From assembly GCF_964355755.1 (NCBI RefSeq), contig NC_092671.1, positions 7,564,001 to 7,628,000 on the forward strand: a stretch of DNA of 64,000 bases, read 5' to 3'. Under the pieces are notes generated by a model. The model worked only from the letters and a program-made list of their open reading frames with translations. It searched no databases and was not told where the DNA came from. Shown here piece by piece: positions 1 to 19,280 of this stretch. The position numbers and the translations under genes were made by a program. The number at the start of each line of letters is the position of its first letter. Position 1 is the first letter of the stretch. The stretch comes from Antedon mediterranea (lineage: Eukaryota > Animalia > Echinodermata).

Positions 1-37
1 GTTAAAAGAGTTATAGTATTGATATCAATAAAGGGAA

Positions 38-180
38 GACTCAGTTGTATAATGGTTATGATGCTTGACTTGTCAGCGAGAGGTCGCAGGTTTGAATCCA
101 AACGATCAATTTATGGTACTAAATCTATTGTGAGAACAGTATGCCATGCAAAACCATTGTAACTATGCTGCTACACAGTG
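38..180 (+). mobile_element. Degenerate tRNA-derived SINE head
   Basis: A-box-like TTGTATAATGGT and B-box-like GGTTTGAATCC with tRNA spacing, but poor cloverleaf pairing. Confidence 0.5.
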
Positions 181-2640
181 TCCCAACACCATATTGTTTA
201 AATCTATCTTATCAATAGAGGGAGCTATATTAATGTTCATTATGTATATCAAATTTGCATACACCTGTTCTTGTTTTTCATATAGCTCATTATTGGTGCT
301 AGTCTTTCTGTTATTGCATAACATTAATTCTAACGAGTACATACACACAGCAGAACATTTTAATTGTGTTTGCATAAAAATGATATATATGAAAACGTCT
401 GAAATTTAGAAGAATTTAAAGATAGTCTATTGCATATTAATTTAATATTTGACAAAATTATCACTTTTCTGTTATATTATAAAAATATAAAAAATAATGG
501 CTGTCTTTATATGAACCAATTTCACTGCACCATCGCCAGCATTTTGATCATCCCAAAGTCATAGTCACAACAGAAATAATTAGTACATAATTGAAAAATG
601 ATTTAGTTTAGTAGTACAGTACTTAAAAGTATTTGAATCGTGAACAAGTGGCGTGTTTCTTATCTCTCTTCACAATCCTCCGAATCAAAGTAAACACTAA
701 TGTTTGTTTAATTATATACTATGAGTAATCCAGCAATTTTAAGTACTACCTACTAGAGAAAAAAATGTAGTAAGATAAATAAACAGATAACATTAGATTA
801 ATTGATCGTAGAAATGCTCTTCCCTCTACCAAATTTGCTTACTTTCCATTTTCAATTTCACTGGAGTTGCATATTATTTTTCATAAACATGAAGATATTC
901 ACTTTATTAATTTATGTCAGGTCAAAATAGATTTATGATATTGCTACTGTTTGTAGATGATAATGAGTATGACATTACAATCATAAAAACCAAGGTTGTA
1001 CAATATTGTATTCATTTCAGCTATTACACGTTCTTCAAAATAATCTTTCGTGCATAAGAATATCTTTAAACAGATTCAACTGTTTCAATTTCTTTATTCC
1101 TCGGCAAGGTTAACTGGTGGTCAACTACATGACTAGTTTATAAACCTGTAAAACAAGAGAACATAAATCATGATAGATGGTTGTATACTTAATCGAAGGT
1201 CTAGCCTGGGAGAACAATATACAGTACAATAGTACAAGATAAAACAACACCAATGGCTTCCCAATATCACATGCATTATAAATCATTCCAAATCATAGAA
1301 CTTCATAGTGATCAAAACCTTAAAATATTAAAAGATATGTTTAGGTCCTTGTAAATACATATGTTAATTAAGGGGAGTGCTGGCTGTGTATAATACTCAT
1401 TAGTAAATACCTTTTCTGTCAAGTTCACGTAGCAATGACTTATTTTTACCTTCAAGCATTTTGACATTTGCGTGGTAAGATATACATTAATAGATAGATG
1501 TGTTAACCCCATGTTATTACCAGCATGTATGAGGTGTTGGTTGACTGGCTTATAGTATCACGGTAGGTCATGTCTAGTGCATATGGCCATTGACTCTTCA
1601 GAATTACATAATTATTTTTTTATAATTAATTTAGTGTAGTTAAATTGTTGTCATGCCAGATTCAGCACGCCAACTGTAAAATTGAAAATAAGATTATTTC
1701 TAATCATAATTAATAATACAAGTGGCATGTTTTTTGCCATTTTGTTGTATTGTTTTATAAAAGTATTTAAAATTTTATCTTATTTTAAAAACCAATCATT
1801 TCCATTTTTTCTGAATTTAACACTTACAGTACTTTAACAGCTGTCAAATTTGCTTGTTCAGATACTCGTTACGAATAAACAGGAAAGAAAATCTTTCATG
1901 TATCAGGGAGCAATTCCAAATTATTGTAAATATCCATATATTACTTTTAGCGATGGATCAAGGATTTTGAAATGTGGGGAAGGGGGCGGGACCTTCTTAA
2001 AAATTGTGAAATTAAGTGCTAAACGTAACAATGTCTATATTTATACTTCTTTTTTCCCTTCCTCCATCTATGACTTGGAGGGGAAACATTAACATTTATA
2101 ATGCAAATATACAACTCGTTCTGAAGCTATTTCAAACATACCTGTAGATATGTACAAACAGTATATGTGAATATAACTTAACCAGAAATGTAGACCGTAC
2201 AAAGCATTAGTGCAGATATTCATGTACAATATATAGTGCGTTGACCTGAATTGAATGCTCCGTTTTAGCTTGCTGTAGGCCCACGTCATGCTGGCAATCA
2301 AAACATGTTGATAAAATGGTCTTCAATAACACAGGCAGGTGAAAACATTCAACCAGACCTGAAAACAGCTCTGCGCCCAACAATTGCCTGACCTATAAAC
2401 TCAATATAACTCAGGTTAGGGTGTCTAAAGACTCATGTTAATGAAAGTCGTTAATGAATGAAGATGAACGTGTAAGATAGTGTAATGTCAGCTGTTTATA
2501 GCAATAAGGCCAACTTAATTTGGGTCAGTAAGAAAACTATGTGCTGTGTTCATGTAATAGGAAAATTGGGTGCAAACTTTCAGTATAGAAATTTTCTTAA
2601 ATTTTCTTAATTAAATACTTATTCCAAGATTTTTTTGCAG

Positions 2641-7861
<5,221 letters not shown>

Positions 7862-10679
7862 ACGACAAAGTTCAGCAATTTATTGAACATTTTCCGAGAG
7901 GAATACACCACGTTCATGAATTTTCGAGTCGTCTTGGAAAGCGCTTTGTAGATTATCCAGAGTGTAAGATATTAAATGTACAACTAAAATGATTTTAATT
8001 TGATTATTGTGAATTTTTACGTTAATGCTTACTGTATACTTGTGGCGGTAAATAGATGTAACATTTGGATTAAATAAATATACTATGTTGAAATAATGTC
8101 AAATTAACTATTTATGAAATAGTTTTAAGAGAAACCTGTCTTTATATCAGATCCATTTGCATAAAGTTTAAATGATGATATTTTGATCCGTAAAAGACAT
8201 GCAAATGATAAATAAGTCCAGTAAGTTATTAGAAAAAAAGCAGTACACTAAAATGAGGATTATAGTAGTAAAAACTTGATGTCAAATAAATCTGCCATTA
8301 CTGATAAATGGTATTTTATAAATTTTAACATTTAAAAAAAAATCTATGTATAGTTCATTGCCTTCTATTGAACTTAATGTACTTAAGAATTCTTGTCAAT
8401 GTAAATATAGTAATTTAATGTAACCAAAAACAGACTTATTTTAAGTTCTAGCTCAGTGTCTGGTTAAAACCATTCCAGACTAGCCAACATATTTTTTTTT
8501 GTAGGCTAAGTAAACAACACCAGTTCCTAGCATCATTGTCATTTATCGCACAATTTAGATATTTTTGTGATGTTAGACTACAACCAAGTGAATACAAAAA
8601 TTATTATTTTATTTTGAATATGCTTTAAAAGACATAAATAATAATTAAATAGAGTTTTGGGTTTTATTGAAAATGAAAAACCACATATACACAATTTACT
8701 TTGAAAAGAAAATGGCTACTATAATTAATAACTTGCATTATATCTAATTGGGCAGGGACTTAATGTTCTTTTGTGAAATTGGCTGCAAAAAGAAGAAACT
8801 GATTTTTAAATACCAATCTGTAACTAATTATAAGTTATTAGCATTTTGGGAATATAGACTAGTATATAGAGATAATATTAAACTATACAAAATATCTCTT
8901 ATATAATTATTTTTAGGATTTAGTACTTATGTTAAATGTATTAAAATTATATATGTATGTGTGTATGTTAACATAGTATATTTGCAACGCATACTGCGAC
9001 TGCTTGTTTGCCAGTATATGCTTGCTATTTGTATGTATAAGCAATAAGAAAAGAAAATAATGTTGTAAGCTATCTGTTTGTCGGATTGGCTTCTTCCTGT
9101 CATTTTTCTGCTGAAAATTAATACTGTATGTTACAGTAAATTTAATCACCTTTGATTTTAGTAATAATATTTAATAATTTTTCGCTGACTTATAGTAAAT
9201 TTGTATATTTTAGCATAGCTTTTCAGAATTGTTTAATTTTTAGTTAATATTATGTGTTTGAAGCAATAGAGTTCAATATTGTTTAATAATTGTTTTCCAT
9301 GTTTACTTTTAGTTTAAAATGCTTGTATTTTAAGAATTTAAACTGTACTTAAAAAGTGTTTGATGTTAAACAGGGTCTTTTAAAATATTACATTACAAAA
9401 GTGTTTAAGATCCCTACTTGAATTGTTAATTACCTCACTGAAGCAACTACTGTACAGTATGCTTCCAAATATATGTATTCACTCATTCAAATATAAAATG
9501 TAACATCTATATGTATTTTAAATCTGCAAATATTAAATAAAAACAACTCTTGTATATAATAATATTTCTAGACACACAATTTATTTCAACCTGTTTGCTT
9601 TTGTATATTGCTTACGTCATGGAAATGTAAAACTCAAATCTTTTTCTATGCGTATTATATTTGAAAGAACGGTAGTATCCTTTCTGATTATGTCAATTTT
9701 ACCGAGGGGGTCGTACGAGACTGAATGTATGTCAATTTTTATGGAGGATATAAAGAAATTGCAATAAAATTAAGACATGCATCAGTTTTTTTTCTTCCGC
9801 ATTACAAATGGCATCTTCAAATAACATATTTTATGATAACAGGTGATTTTAGAAGAGGCTTTTATATATAAAGAAACAAAATTGTCTGTTGAAATTGGAC
9901 CAATATGTAGAACTGAAAGTACTATAGCAAAACTGTGTTGTTTAGTTTACAGTTCTCATCACAATCTACTATGTGTTATATAAAAATTTTCAGTTTTCTT
10001 AATTAGCTACTTAAATAATCAAGCAAGATAAACTACAATTTATTAAGTACGTCACACCGTAGATGTATGATTTTGTTTCTTATTAGTAGCAACAAGTCCT
10101 AATTTCATTCATTTTTAGGATGTTGAAATTTTGTGTATAGATGATACTGTATAACAAGGTGCTTTATTAAAGATGTTGTAGGAATATGCCAAATGCATAC
10201 TTATATATATAATATAAATATATATCTTTCCGATTACTTGAAAAACTGTCCACTTATTAGCATTATTGTGTTGTGTTCGTTCGTAAATGCAAATGTTGTA
10301 CGCAGATGCCGTGCGTATGTAAGTTATTAGAACTGATCTGATTTCTGGAGATTTTTAAATCATCTGTCTGCTTCATAAATTACAGTTGCGAAGTTTTAGT
10401 AACGTAGGTTATGAGTTCACGTACCGAGAATCCGGATCACGTTTGAAATCTTTGTAAGATTGCTAAAAGCTGATCATGGTTTCCAAGTCTTAGTTTGGTA
10501 ATTGGGTGAAATTATTTAAATCTTTAAAGATACTGAGAAATTTGGTTTTGAAGATTTGCAAACTCTTTTAGTAAGAGATTTTAAAAGACATATACTATAT
10601 AGGGTAGTGGTTTTTTTTAAATATTTCTTTCTAGAGATCTTAAAGAAAGTAAAGTATACATTCATTGCTAATTAAGTGC

Positions 10680-10975
10680 ATGTGGCGCACTGTGTTGGAC
10701 GTTGGACTACTGATTGTGAGATCGTGAGTTCGAATCCAAAGCTTGTCACTTTGCTTGTATCCTTAGACAGTTTACTTGTGTTTGCCTCTCTCTACCCAGG
10801 TGTACATATTGGTACCTTTTTAGGTAAAAAAAGACAGCTGCGCTGATTATGACTGCAACACTAATATGGGATGTTCCCAGATGTGTTTGATCCAAAAACA
10901 TTACTGGGATAACAATGTGAAGCTCTTAAAGGCTTTGTGCATTAAAGCACTATATAAGATCGACATATTAGTATT
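10680..10975 (+). mobile_element. tRNA-derived SINE with CORE-like centre and L2-like tail
   Basis: A box TGGCGCACTGTG, B box GAGTTCGAATCC, central gtatccttagacag...cctctctctacccaggtgtacatattggtacc, tail gtgaagctctt...aagcactatataag. Confidence 0.7.
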
Positions 10976-12477
10976 GATATTAATTCAGCACATGCTATCC
11001 AATACAGATTATTTAGTAACATTTTTTTTTAATAAGTAAAAACAACAATTTGCACTCTTCTTTTGTGCTTCCTTTTTCAGTAGGGTTAAATTCATATAAA
11101 TTGCCATATATTAGTATAATTGCTGAATTATCACAATTTTTGTCTACACTTTTAATTTTTCGTGTTCTTAGTGTGAATGGAGAACTGAAGCAAGAAATGT
11201 GAAATAAAACTATATTGTCTCCAAACGTTTTTCTTGAGTAGTTAATTGTTGTTGCGACCTGCAAATACTATCCCAAGTTGAAATAATTTGTCTACAGAAT
11301 TATAATAAAAGCAAGGCTCCCAGAAATTGTGTGAAAAGTGTATGATACTCTTGTTTGAAAACAACAACCAAAATTGTTCAATCAAGTCCAATTTAAGACA
11401 GAATGGATGCATAACCTCACAAAGGAAATAAATTGTTATAGTTTCTAAATATTAATGGCACATAGTTGCTGGTTTCCTATGAAACTGTAGATTCATTTAG
11501 TGCCACCTTAAATTGTACTGATTACGGTACAGAAGACCTCCAAGTCAACTCATATGTGAAGAAAGTGAATCAAGGTATTACAAACTCGGCTTTTTGTTTT
11601 TAAAAATCATTCACAAAAATGTATGGAGTACGAATGATAAGGCAGCACGATAAATCAAGAACAGAGTAAACCAATCCTTAAGTCTTACCCCTGCAACCCT
11701 AATATTTGTCCATTGCATGCTAGTTGCTTGTTGTTCATGTCTGCTTCATTACTTGTGGTACTTGTGCATGACATCTGTAGCATCATTCTATAGCTCATAA
11801 GGCCTACAGTGGGCACATGTTTACAGTTTTTTTTCAGTATATATCTTATTTATGGCTGGTCGTAACTTCTTTAAGATTGGTTCAGATTAGAGAATTGTTT
11901 GGTTTAACTATAATTTGCATGGTACACCAACTAATGTTTCAGCTTTGCTAGTCTGAACCAACGTTTATTTTGCCCTAGAAATTGATGTGAACTTGCATAA
12001 AAAAGCAACAATATTTTATTATAATCTAAAACTGGACAGCAATTCACAAGACGTTTATTTTTGGAAACAATTACATTTATAAGACAGAATAATAAATTAT
12101 AGCATGAAATTAAATTACAAAACAATTAAATTTTGTTAGAATGAGTGGTAAATCTTGGCATGAAATTACCTATGGATAGAATGATATGCACTTATGAACC
12201 ACTGAACATTCTGCATCTAATCACTCTGTAATTATCAAACTATATAGCTGCCTTCATTAATCTCTTTAAATTGCATGGCTTTTATATAATCATGCACTTT
12301 TTTCAATTGTATTGATTTCTAAATCCACATGGAATAAAAACATATCTGTGAATACAGATTTTGAAATTCAATAATTTTAAGTATGTTAAAGGTACATATT
12401 CGGATAAAAACATCTCTGAGCTTACAATACACCTTTTTGCAGCCTCATTTGAGAAGCTGTCACTAACGCGAGTCGAG

Positions 12478-12622
12478 TACAGTAGAATCCTTCCTTTTGC
12501 ATATTCAAGGGACATACTCCTGTAAAAATAAAGAAAATGAACAAATTACCAAAGTTTTTTGGAGGAAACTCTATATAGACACTTTGGAGTGTACCGAAGG
12601 TGTCCCATAGCGTTTTACTGTA
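12478..12622. mobile_element. Tc1/mariner-like MITE family (TA-CAGT...ACTG-TA)
   Basis: tacagtagaa...ttttactgta termini with GGGACA/TGTCCC motifs. Related copies at ~24745-24930, 25061-25213 and 40340-40667. Confidence 0.55.
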
Positions 12623-14049
12623 GGCCTACATATTCTACACTACTTCTTCACCATACACAATTAAATTCTCTAGGTTTTTACACAGTATCTATAAAACCAT
12701 GTTCTATCTTTCAGAGTCGCAACAGAAGCACTGGCTATAGCAACACCTGCCACTATAAGCTTGTACTAAGAAGAATGTATGTATTTGGCTATAGGTACTT
12801 TATTATAGATACTTGGCTCAAAGTTTGGAACAGAGTATTCAGAAGACTTTTTCACTGGTTATCACTATATTTATAATTTGCTTTTAAAATACTTAATACA
12901 CAGGTAAAACAAATTGAAATGTACTGGTATGGATTTACAATTTGCAAACTATAAATCAAAGGGCAGAAATAAAATTATAAACTTCTGACCAATCAGATGA
13001 CAGCATATTAGGTATTTGGCTATCAGTGACTCTGATACTTCAAGACAATTTTACCATGCATATAGTTCTATTGTTTTTAATAATATCTGTCAATTAATTA
13101 TTTCTATGGATGGCTTTTGTGATTATCATGACTTCATCAGTTTGTGTAGTTCTGTCGTCATAACATGAAGTATGTAATGGACCATTCAATAATTACTATA
13201 AGTTCAACTTATATTCAAATAATGCTATGAATAAAGATCTTAATATATAATCAAACATATATTTATAATTTCAATTATATGTTATTAAATATAGTTCTAT
13301 GCATAATGTGGTAATATGTTTGGTTATCATATATATTTACTAAAGTATTTCTTTTTTGTTGCAAGTTTGTGGTCAATGCTTTGTTTAAAATATATAATTT
13401 TTGGTTAAAGTTATTTCTGCTGTTTTTGTGTTTTAAGACAAATATGTTTTATAAATATTTGTGTTTTAAGACAAATATGTTTTATAAATATTTGGCCATT
13501 TTTATGTAATAAGTAGATATATACTGGGTAATTGATTTTAATGAAATGTCATTAAACCAAATGTATATTTAATAGTATAAACACTTATGTCTATTTTTAC
13601 TGTTAAAAATAAACATTTTTGTCCTAAAATAAAATAAAATAGTCTTCTATGGAAAGTCACAATATAACTTCCAATACTAACATTTTATGTAATTATTAAT
13701 TAACATTATACATAGGTTTTTGAACTCTAAAATAACTCCAAATAAATAACATTCAATGTATTTTATGTTGAAGGATTATGATACAGTATACATTACATGT
13801 TGCTATACAAAAGGTTAGGTCCAGGACAAATAAAAAATAAAACAATATTATTAAAATTTAGAAACAATACATTTATGAATGAAAATAATTTTTGAAGTTA
13901 ATGTTAAAATTGCAATACATCCCATTATATTAGACATTAAAAGATATATTATATAGCTACTTTCCATATTTAAGGACTTATTATTTTGATGTTATTTATT
14001 TTATTTTTAACTTTGAATAATTGCTGCAAGTAACAAGGCAACTAACAAT

Positions 14050-14235
14050 AGGATGCTGAGCTCCAGAGCGACATTACAGTTCCACGCCCCTCGCGCGCGC
14101 CACAGAGATTATGTACATAGTCAAAGATAACACTATCCTTGGCATAGTACAGACTGCTGCCATTTGTCGCAGCCAGACATAAGATCAAAGGGCTGTTACG
14201 AGTTTCAATCTTGACAAGGCGAGTTCAGTGTCATG
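14050..14235. mobile_element. Dispersed MITE-like repeat (second copy at ~35923-36155)
   Basis: Shared aggatgctga(g/a)ctc start, cagttccacgcc and cagccagacataagatcaaagg, ending gag(t/c)tcagtgt, which is an imperfect inverted repeat of the start. Confidence 0.65.
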
Positions 14236-15509
14236 TTTTTCTGTTGTGCCTTGAGTTTAGTAACAATGAGCAGATTATCCATTCAGAGCATACTAACAAC
14301 CAATATATTTCAATTTATTTACTGTATTTTAATACATTATATAATTATTTATTTATTTATACTTTTGGTATATTATTTAAGATAATTATTTATTTTTTGT
14401 GGTGATCATTTTCAGGTTCATTTTTCTGTTGGAAATTTTGTTTGGCGTTAAATAGTAAAGAGTAAAATAGACAATTGCAAGCTAATCACGAAATGCCAAA
14501 TACTGGAGTTAATTTGCATGTGTTGTTATATCTGTATATATACAATTTACTGTATTACACACTATGATTCGTCATTTCATTACTAGATTCAGTGTTGGAT
14601 AACAAATGTAGGAAAGCATTTGGTTACCAGGATGATCTTGTATTTCCAAATTAAAAATTATAATTGAGATTTTTTTTTTTAAAGATCATAATCGAAATGG
14701 AATGAAGATGTTCTATGTTTAATTTTGTAACTCCGTTATTTTACTTCTTGTTGATGAAAAATAGATATTGCAGAAGTTTTTAGGCCATACAAACCAAACC
14801 AATACTGCATCATTTGCAATTGGACACAATTATATAATACTACTGCGCAGTTACTTTATAAAGATGTATTTTTTGTCTTAATCATGAGATATGTTGGTGC
14901 CATAAACCCTCGAGGCCTACTCTCAGCTAACTATTCTCCATAAATTGCAATTTTCCAAAATTCTTTTACAGAAAAATCAAAGAATTGTAAGGTTGTTACT
15001 GTAAATGGTTGTCGATATATTAGCTATTTATCAACTCAGGTTACAGATGTATATATAATAATATAGGTCGTATAATTGTGCAGAAATAAAGTCAATTAAA
15101 CCATGGAGGCATTAGTTTTAAACTAATTCTTTCTTGTTTAAACTGAGATTGTGTTCATCTAATTGTTTAATTATTTTATAATGTTGTGTATCAGAAGTGG
15201 AGATGATGCTGGACGACGACATGATTATTATATAATTATAGAATTATTAGACTGACCTACTTAGAATCTCCAGAAGCAAGTAGAATATATTTTACAAAAG
15301 AGTATAAAATACTTAACATGACATCGTTATGACGTTCTGTGAACTGGCTGATACATCGTAACACGTAAGAATGATGGATATAACCATTGTAATATTCATA
15401 ATATACGGTAACGTTTCCACTAGACAAAATCAATCGTCCCCGTCCCGATCATGAACTACTGACCAATCAGCAGAAACAACATCCATCCATCGTGAAGATT
15501 AAACCCTAG

Positions 15510-17375
15510 CCTTGTCCCAAGTCTGTATCTATTGTCTTTTTATAATAATTATGTTTAGTCCACCAGTCGGCGTTTCGATTTTTGTCTGAAATACGAGCTT
15601 ACGTATTATACGTGTGAAACGCCATATGTGGCAAAATATTGATCTTTTTAACCATGCTTATGCCTACTAAGTTAGGACCAAGAAGAGCCAATCATACGGT
15701 ATGCCTAATTTTCTAGATATAACAACGTATTTTGTCAACATGTCGTCCTCCTCTTCATGAAATACGCAAGTTTTAGTTATAAAGTTAGTTAGTTTAGTTA
15801 TATTAGTTGACCTGATACTTTCGTCTCGTAGATCTAACGAAATAAGATACATTTACCACGAAATGTAGTGTCATACAACAAATTGTTCATTATGATGATT
15901 AATTGGAATCACCCAATATCATAAGGTCTATAAAATATTAGGCATATTTACCACTTTATTTAAATGTAATGAACATGCGATGCGACTGGGTAGTGTTATA
16001 AACTCCTAGATTTGTACGAAAGAACATCACTTTTCGTGGGAGGTGGGGTGAAATATATGAGCTTGCAAATAAACTCAAATAGTACGGTATACCTGTTTAG
16101 TTTTTAGTTTATTTCGACGATGAGCCGACTGATCATAGACAATTTCTCTAGATAACACTGCACGAATGTGCGATACTCGGAGTACAGCAAAAGAAGCTGT
16201 AATGACGTCATAAGACGGGATGTAACGTCACATACATATATCAATAACCTCGCTACCAAATACGGCTATATTCCGAAAAGTTACGTCACATAACCGGAAA
16301 TGGCATAATTACGGTAAATTATGAAATCTCAAAGTGATTTTTTGCTATTTCCAGGAGCAGAAGTGACACAAGAAGTCACAATATCATAAATAAAATTTAC
16401 TGTATATATTCTCCAAGTCAAGACCTTTGAAATGACACCAAACACGGCTATATTACGACAAAAATCGTTTGGCACCAAGGTACCATAATATTGGAGACGT
16501 CATGGCTGCATCCGGTTTAAAATTAAAAAATCCGGCTCTATAGCTTTGAGGACATGTCCTTTTAGTATACCCATGCCAAATCCCAGCTCAATACTAAAAC
16601 AACGAATAAGGGAGAGTAGTACTTTATAAATCGCAGTTTTTGCGATTGGTACCATGTTTATGACGTCAGGCTGCATCCGGTTGAAGTACGAAAATGTTCT
16701 CTCTATAGCTTTGTTCACCTATTACCCTAGTATATGCATGCCATGTTTCAGAGCCGTCAGACGACGCGTAAAGAACCAGTAGGACTGTATTGTGATATTT
16801 TGTATATTTTGTAAGATCTTTTTAATCCAAACCTTTTATTTGAATTACCCCAGTGTGGGATGATAAAAGAATTTTGAATTGAATTGAATTGAAGAAAAAG
16901 AGGAGAAGATGAGCGAGTCCTAGACTCGGGTATCCCGAGTAAAAATGTATATATAGAATAGAAATCGACCGGTCTATATAGTTAGACTATTCATGCACAC
17001 AAATAATAAAACGTTTAAAAAACATTACTAAGTTAAAATGATTGAAATAACTATACTCTTGAACTGTCATCACTTTTAACGTTGGTGGCGGTAAACTCAA
17101 AACCAATTTCAAAACGCTGATCTAACGGTTTACGCCACCAACGCGTTGTAACGGTATGGTCAACTCACATACCACGACCGTGCTTTGTTGCCTATGGTTT
17201 TGTCTGGGCTCCAGACAGAGTTTTGTCTTAATATTAGTAAAAATATACATATTTTTGCACATATGGCGTTTCATACGTGTATTACTTGAGTTTGGATATT
17301 TTCAGACAAAAATCAAAACGACGAAGTGTAGAATGACATAAAAAAGACAATAAATACAGACTTGGAGCAAGTCTA
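15510..17375. repeat. Inverted pair of a dispersed ~140-bp repeat (15510-15655 vs 17235-17375; third copy ~20690-20800)
   Basis: gaaacgccatatgtggcaaaat / tttttgcacatatggcgtttc, ttttgtctgaaa / ttcagacaaaa and ccaagtctgtat / atacagacttgg are reverse complements. Confidence 0.6.
16130..16946 (+). mobile_element. Helitron/Helentron-associated non-autonomous element (HINE/DINE-like)
   Basis: Repeated gacgtca/cacggctatatt and ggctgcatccggtt modules, (ttgaa)n and purine run, and a 3' stem-loop ACTCGGG-tat-CCCGAGT followed by an A-run. The left boundary is approximate. Confidence 0.5.
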
Positions 17376-18459
17376 CTTATGGTTGTGCGTAGCTAGTATC
17401 TACTGTAAAAACTCATATTATCTTATCTAATGGTCTTGCAAACTGAGCAGTCTAATAATTATATAAATACAAATTGATTCAATTTTTTACAATAATTTTT
17501 GTGTTTCCGTAAAAAATAAAAAAAAAGTAATGTAATGATTTTGTGAAATTCCTCTTCTTTCTTTTTAAAATATTAAGACGGGAGGGTGAATTTATGGGCA
17601 TTTAAGAATTGTTTTTCTTGAGAGGTCCCAAGAGGCAGGGAACGTGCATGCAGCATTCTACACGACCGTCGTGTTTTGGCGCAAAAATAGATAATATAAT
17701 ATGCACTCTAATGCCGCAGCCGTGGAACATTACTCATCGAACTCAGTGATTGGTCAGTTTTACAAAAACAGTGATCATGCACGAAAAGCGTGATAACCGT
17801 ATTACTCCTTTTATAAAATCGTTTTGCGAGAAATAGTTCATACATAATGTCAATTATAATCATAAAACTGTTATGCCTATAATTATATATATTTGTTTTA
17901 AACTTTAATAAATAATATAATTAAAGGTTCTCAAAAACCCAAATGTTTTTCATAATGTTTTGGAAATGGCGTATGAATCTTCCTTTATCATTTTCTACGC
18001 TTGAATGGATAGAGAGAAAATTAAGTCAGAGGGTTGGTATTTTGTTGAGTTTCGTGTTGTTTTTGTTTTCTTGCTATCAGTCCGATTTCCTTGGTCATTT
18101 AGGCCTACTCCACTTTTATTTTAAGGGATAGAAGTAAAAAGTGATTATTATTTCACTAAATGAAATGTTGTGCAAGCAATGACGTGCAAATGACATGCAA
18201 ATGATGAGAGTAGCAACCTTAAACAGAGTATAATAGGCTAGGTCATTTGATAATAAATATGGGATCGGAAGCCATATTGATTGTTCTAAAATATAATAAA
18301 TCTAAATTATAATAATATAGTAGTCATCATGATTAGATGTCACATTTTTTACGAATATATAAGTAGGTCACCTGGTGGTTGTTTTGATTTTGTATTGATA
18401 TCATAATTAATTATTTATAATTTTAAATCATTGATTTGCATAACTCATTTGCATATGAA

Positions 18460-18716
18460 GTTCGGGCACGGTTTGACATCTCTCTCTATCCAGGAGGTCA
18501 AGGACGAACTGCAAAACCACCACCACGACGCACGCTCTCACACCACCGCCGCGCCAACAAAGAAGATAAGGTTTGTGTGTTATGTGTGGCGCGAGAGGCT
18601 AGGCTCTGCGGTGCGACACGACACGATTTTCTTAAATCTGTGTTGTTGTGCGATGTTTTTTTATTCCCGCGTTTCTGTTTTGAAAAATCACTAATTTTTT
18701 ACGTGGCGTGTAAAAG
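18460..18716 (+). promoter_or_regulatory. CpG-rich island; probable promoter and non-coding first exon of the zinc-finger gene
   Basis: Local CpG/GC enrichment in AT-rich DNA, ending at a donor AAG|GTAAAG (GT at 18717-18718). It would pair with the acceptor TTTATTCATAG at 21779, just before the ATG. E2F-like TTCCCGCG near 18664. Confidence 0.5.
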
Positions 18717-19280
18717 GTAAAGGGTTTGTTTTGGTACAGTATATAGCCTAGCTAGTAGTTTTAACTTCTGTTGTGTTGTGTGATTCTACAAGTTTTTATG
18801 CACATCGCCTGTCCTCGGTAGGTTAGCCTGGGCTATTTAGACCTAACTATAGGCCTAGCCCTATAGTACTGTATTGTATAGGCCTAGTGCCGGGGTACAA
18901 ATAGAGAGTAGGCAGGCCTAGCTAGGCTAGTAGGCCATCGAGGCCTCCTAGCCCAAACAGATCGTAGGCCTAGGCTAGGCTACATCCGTTTAGGGATTTT
19001 ACGCATCACAATTTATATTTGAATATTTTTGTTGGTTTTATGAAATATAGGCCTAGCCCTAGTAGGTAGGTAAGTAAATTAAAACCTGACGATATGTCAA
19101 TATGTGAAATTAAAGACGCCTCCATCCACAGTGACAATGCCATCGCGTCAACTGTGGTGTGTAACGCGTTACTGATTTACATTAGTGTTTTCTGGTTTAA
19201 AGATAAATTGTCCTGAAAAAATGTTTAACATTTTTAGTTGGAATATGCAATTTTAATGTCACATTATTAAATATTATTAT

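Noticed and set aside
38-110. Functional tRNA gene (Asp-like)
   Set aside because: Degenerate B box and no acceptor-stem pairing; better explained as a SINE head.
7862-10400. Additional gene or ncRNA downstream of PCBP
   Set aside because: No phase-consistent exons or recognisable RNA family; the repeat-poor AU-rich sequence is most consistent with a long 3' UTR whose end cannot be fixed from sequence alone.
18431-18720. 87-94-aa ORFs in the CpG island
   Set aside because: No recognisable homology; longer open frames are expected in GC-richer promoter DNA.
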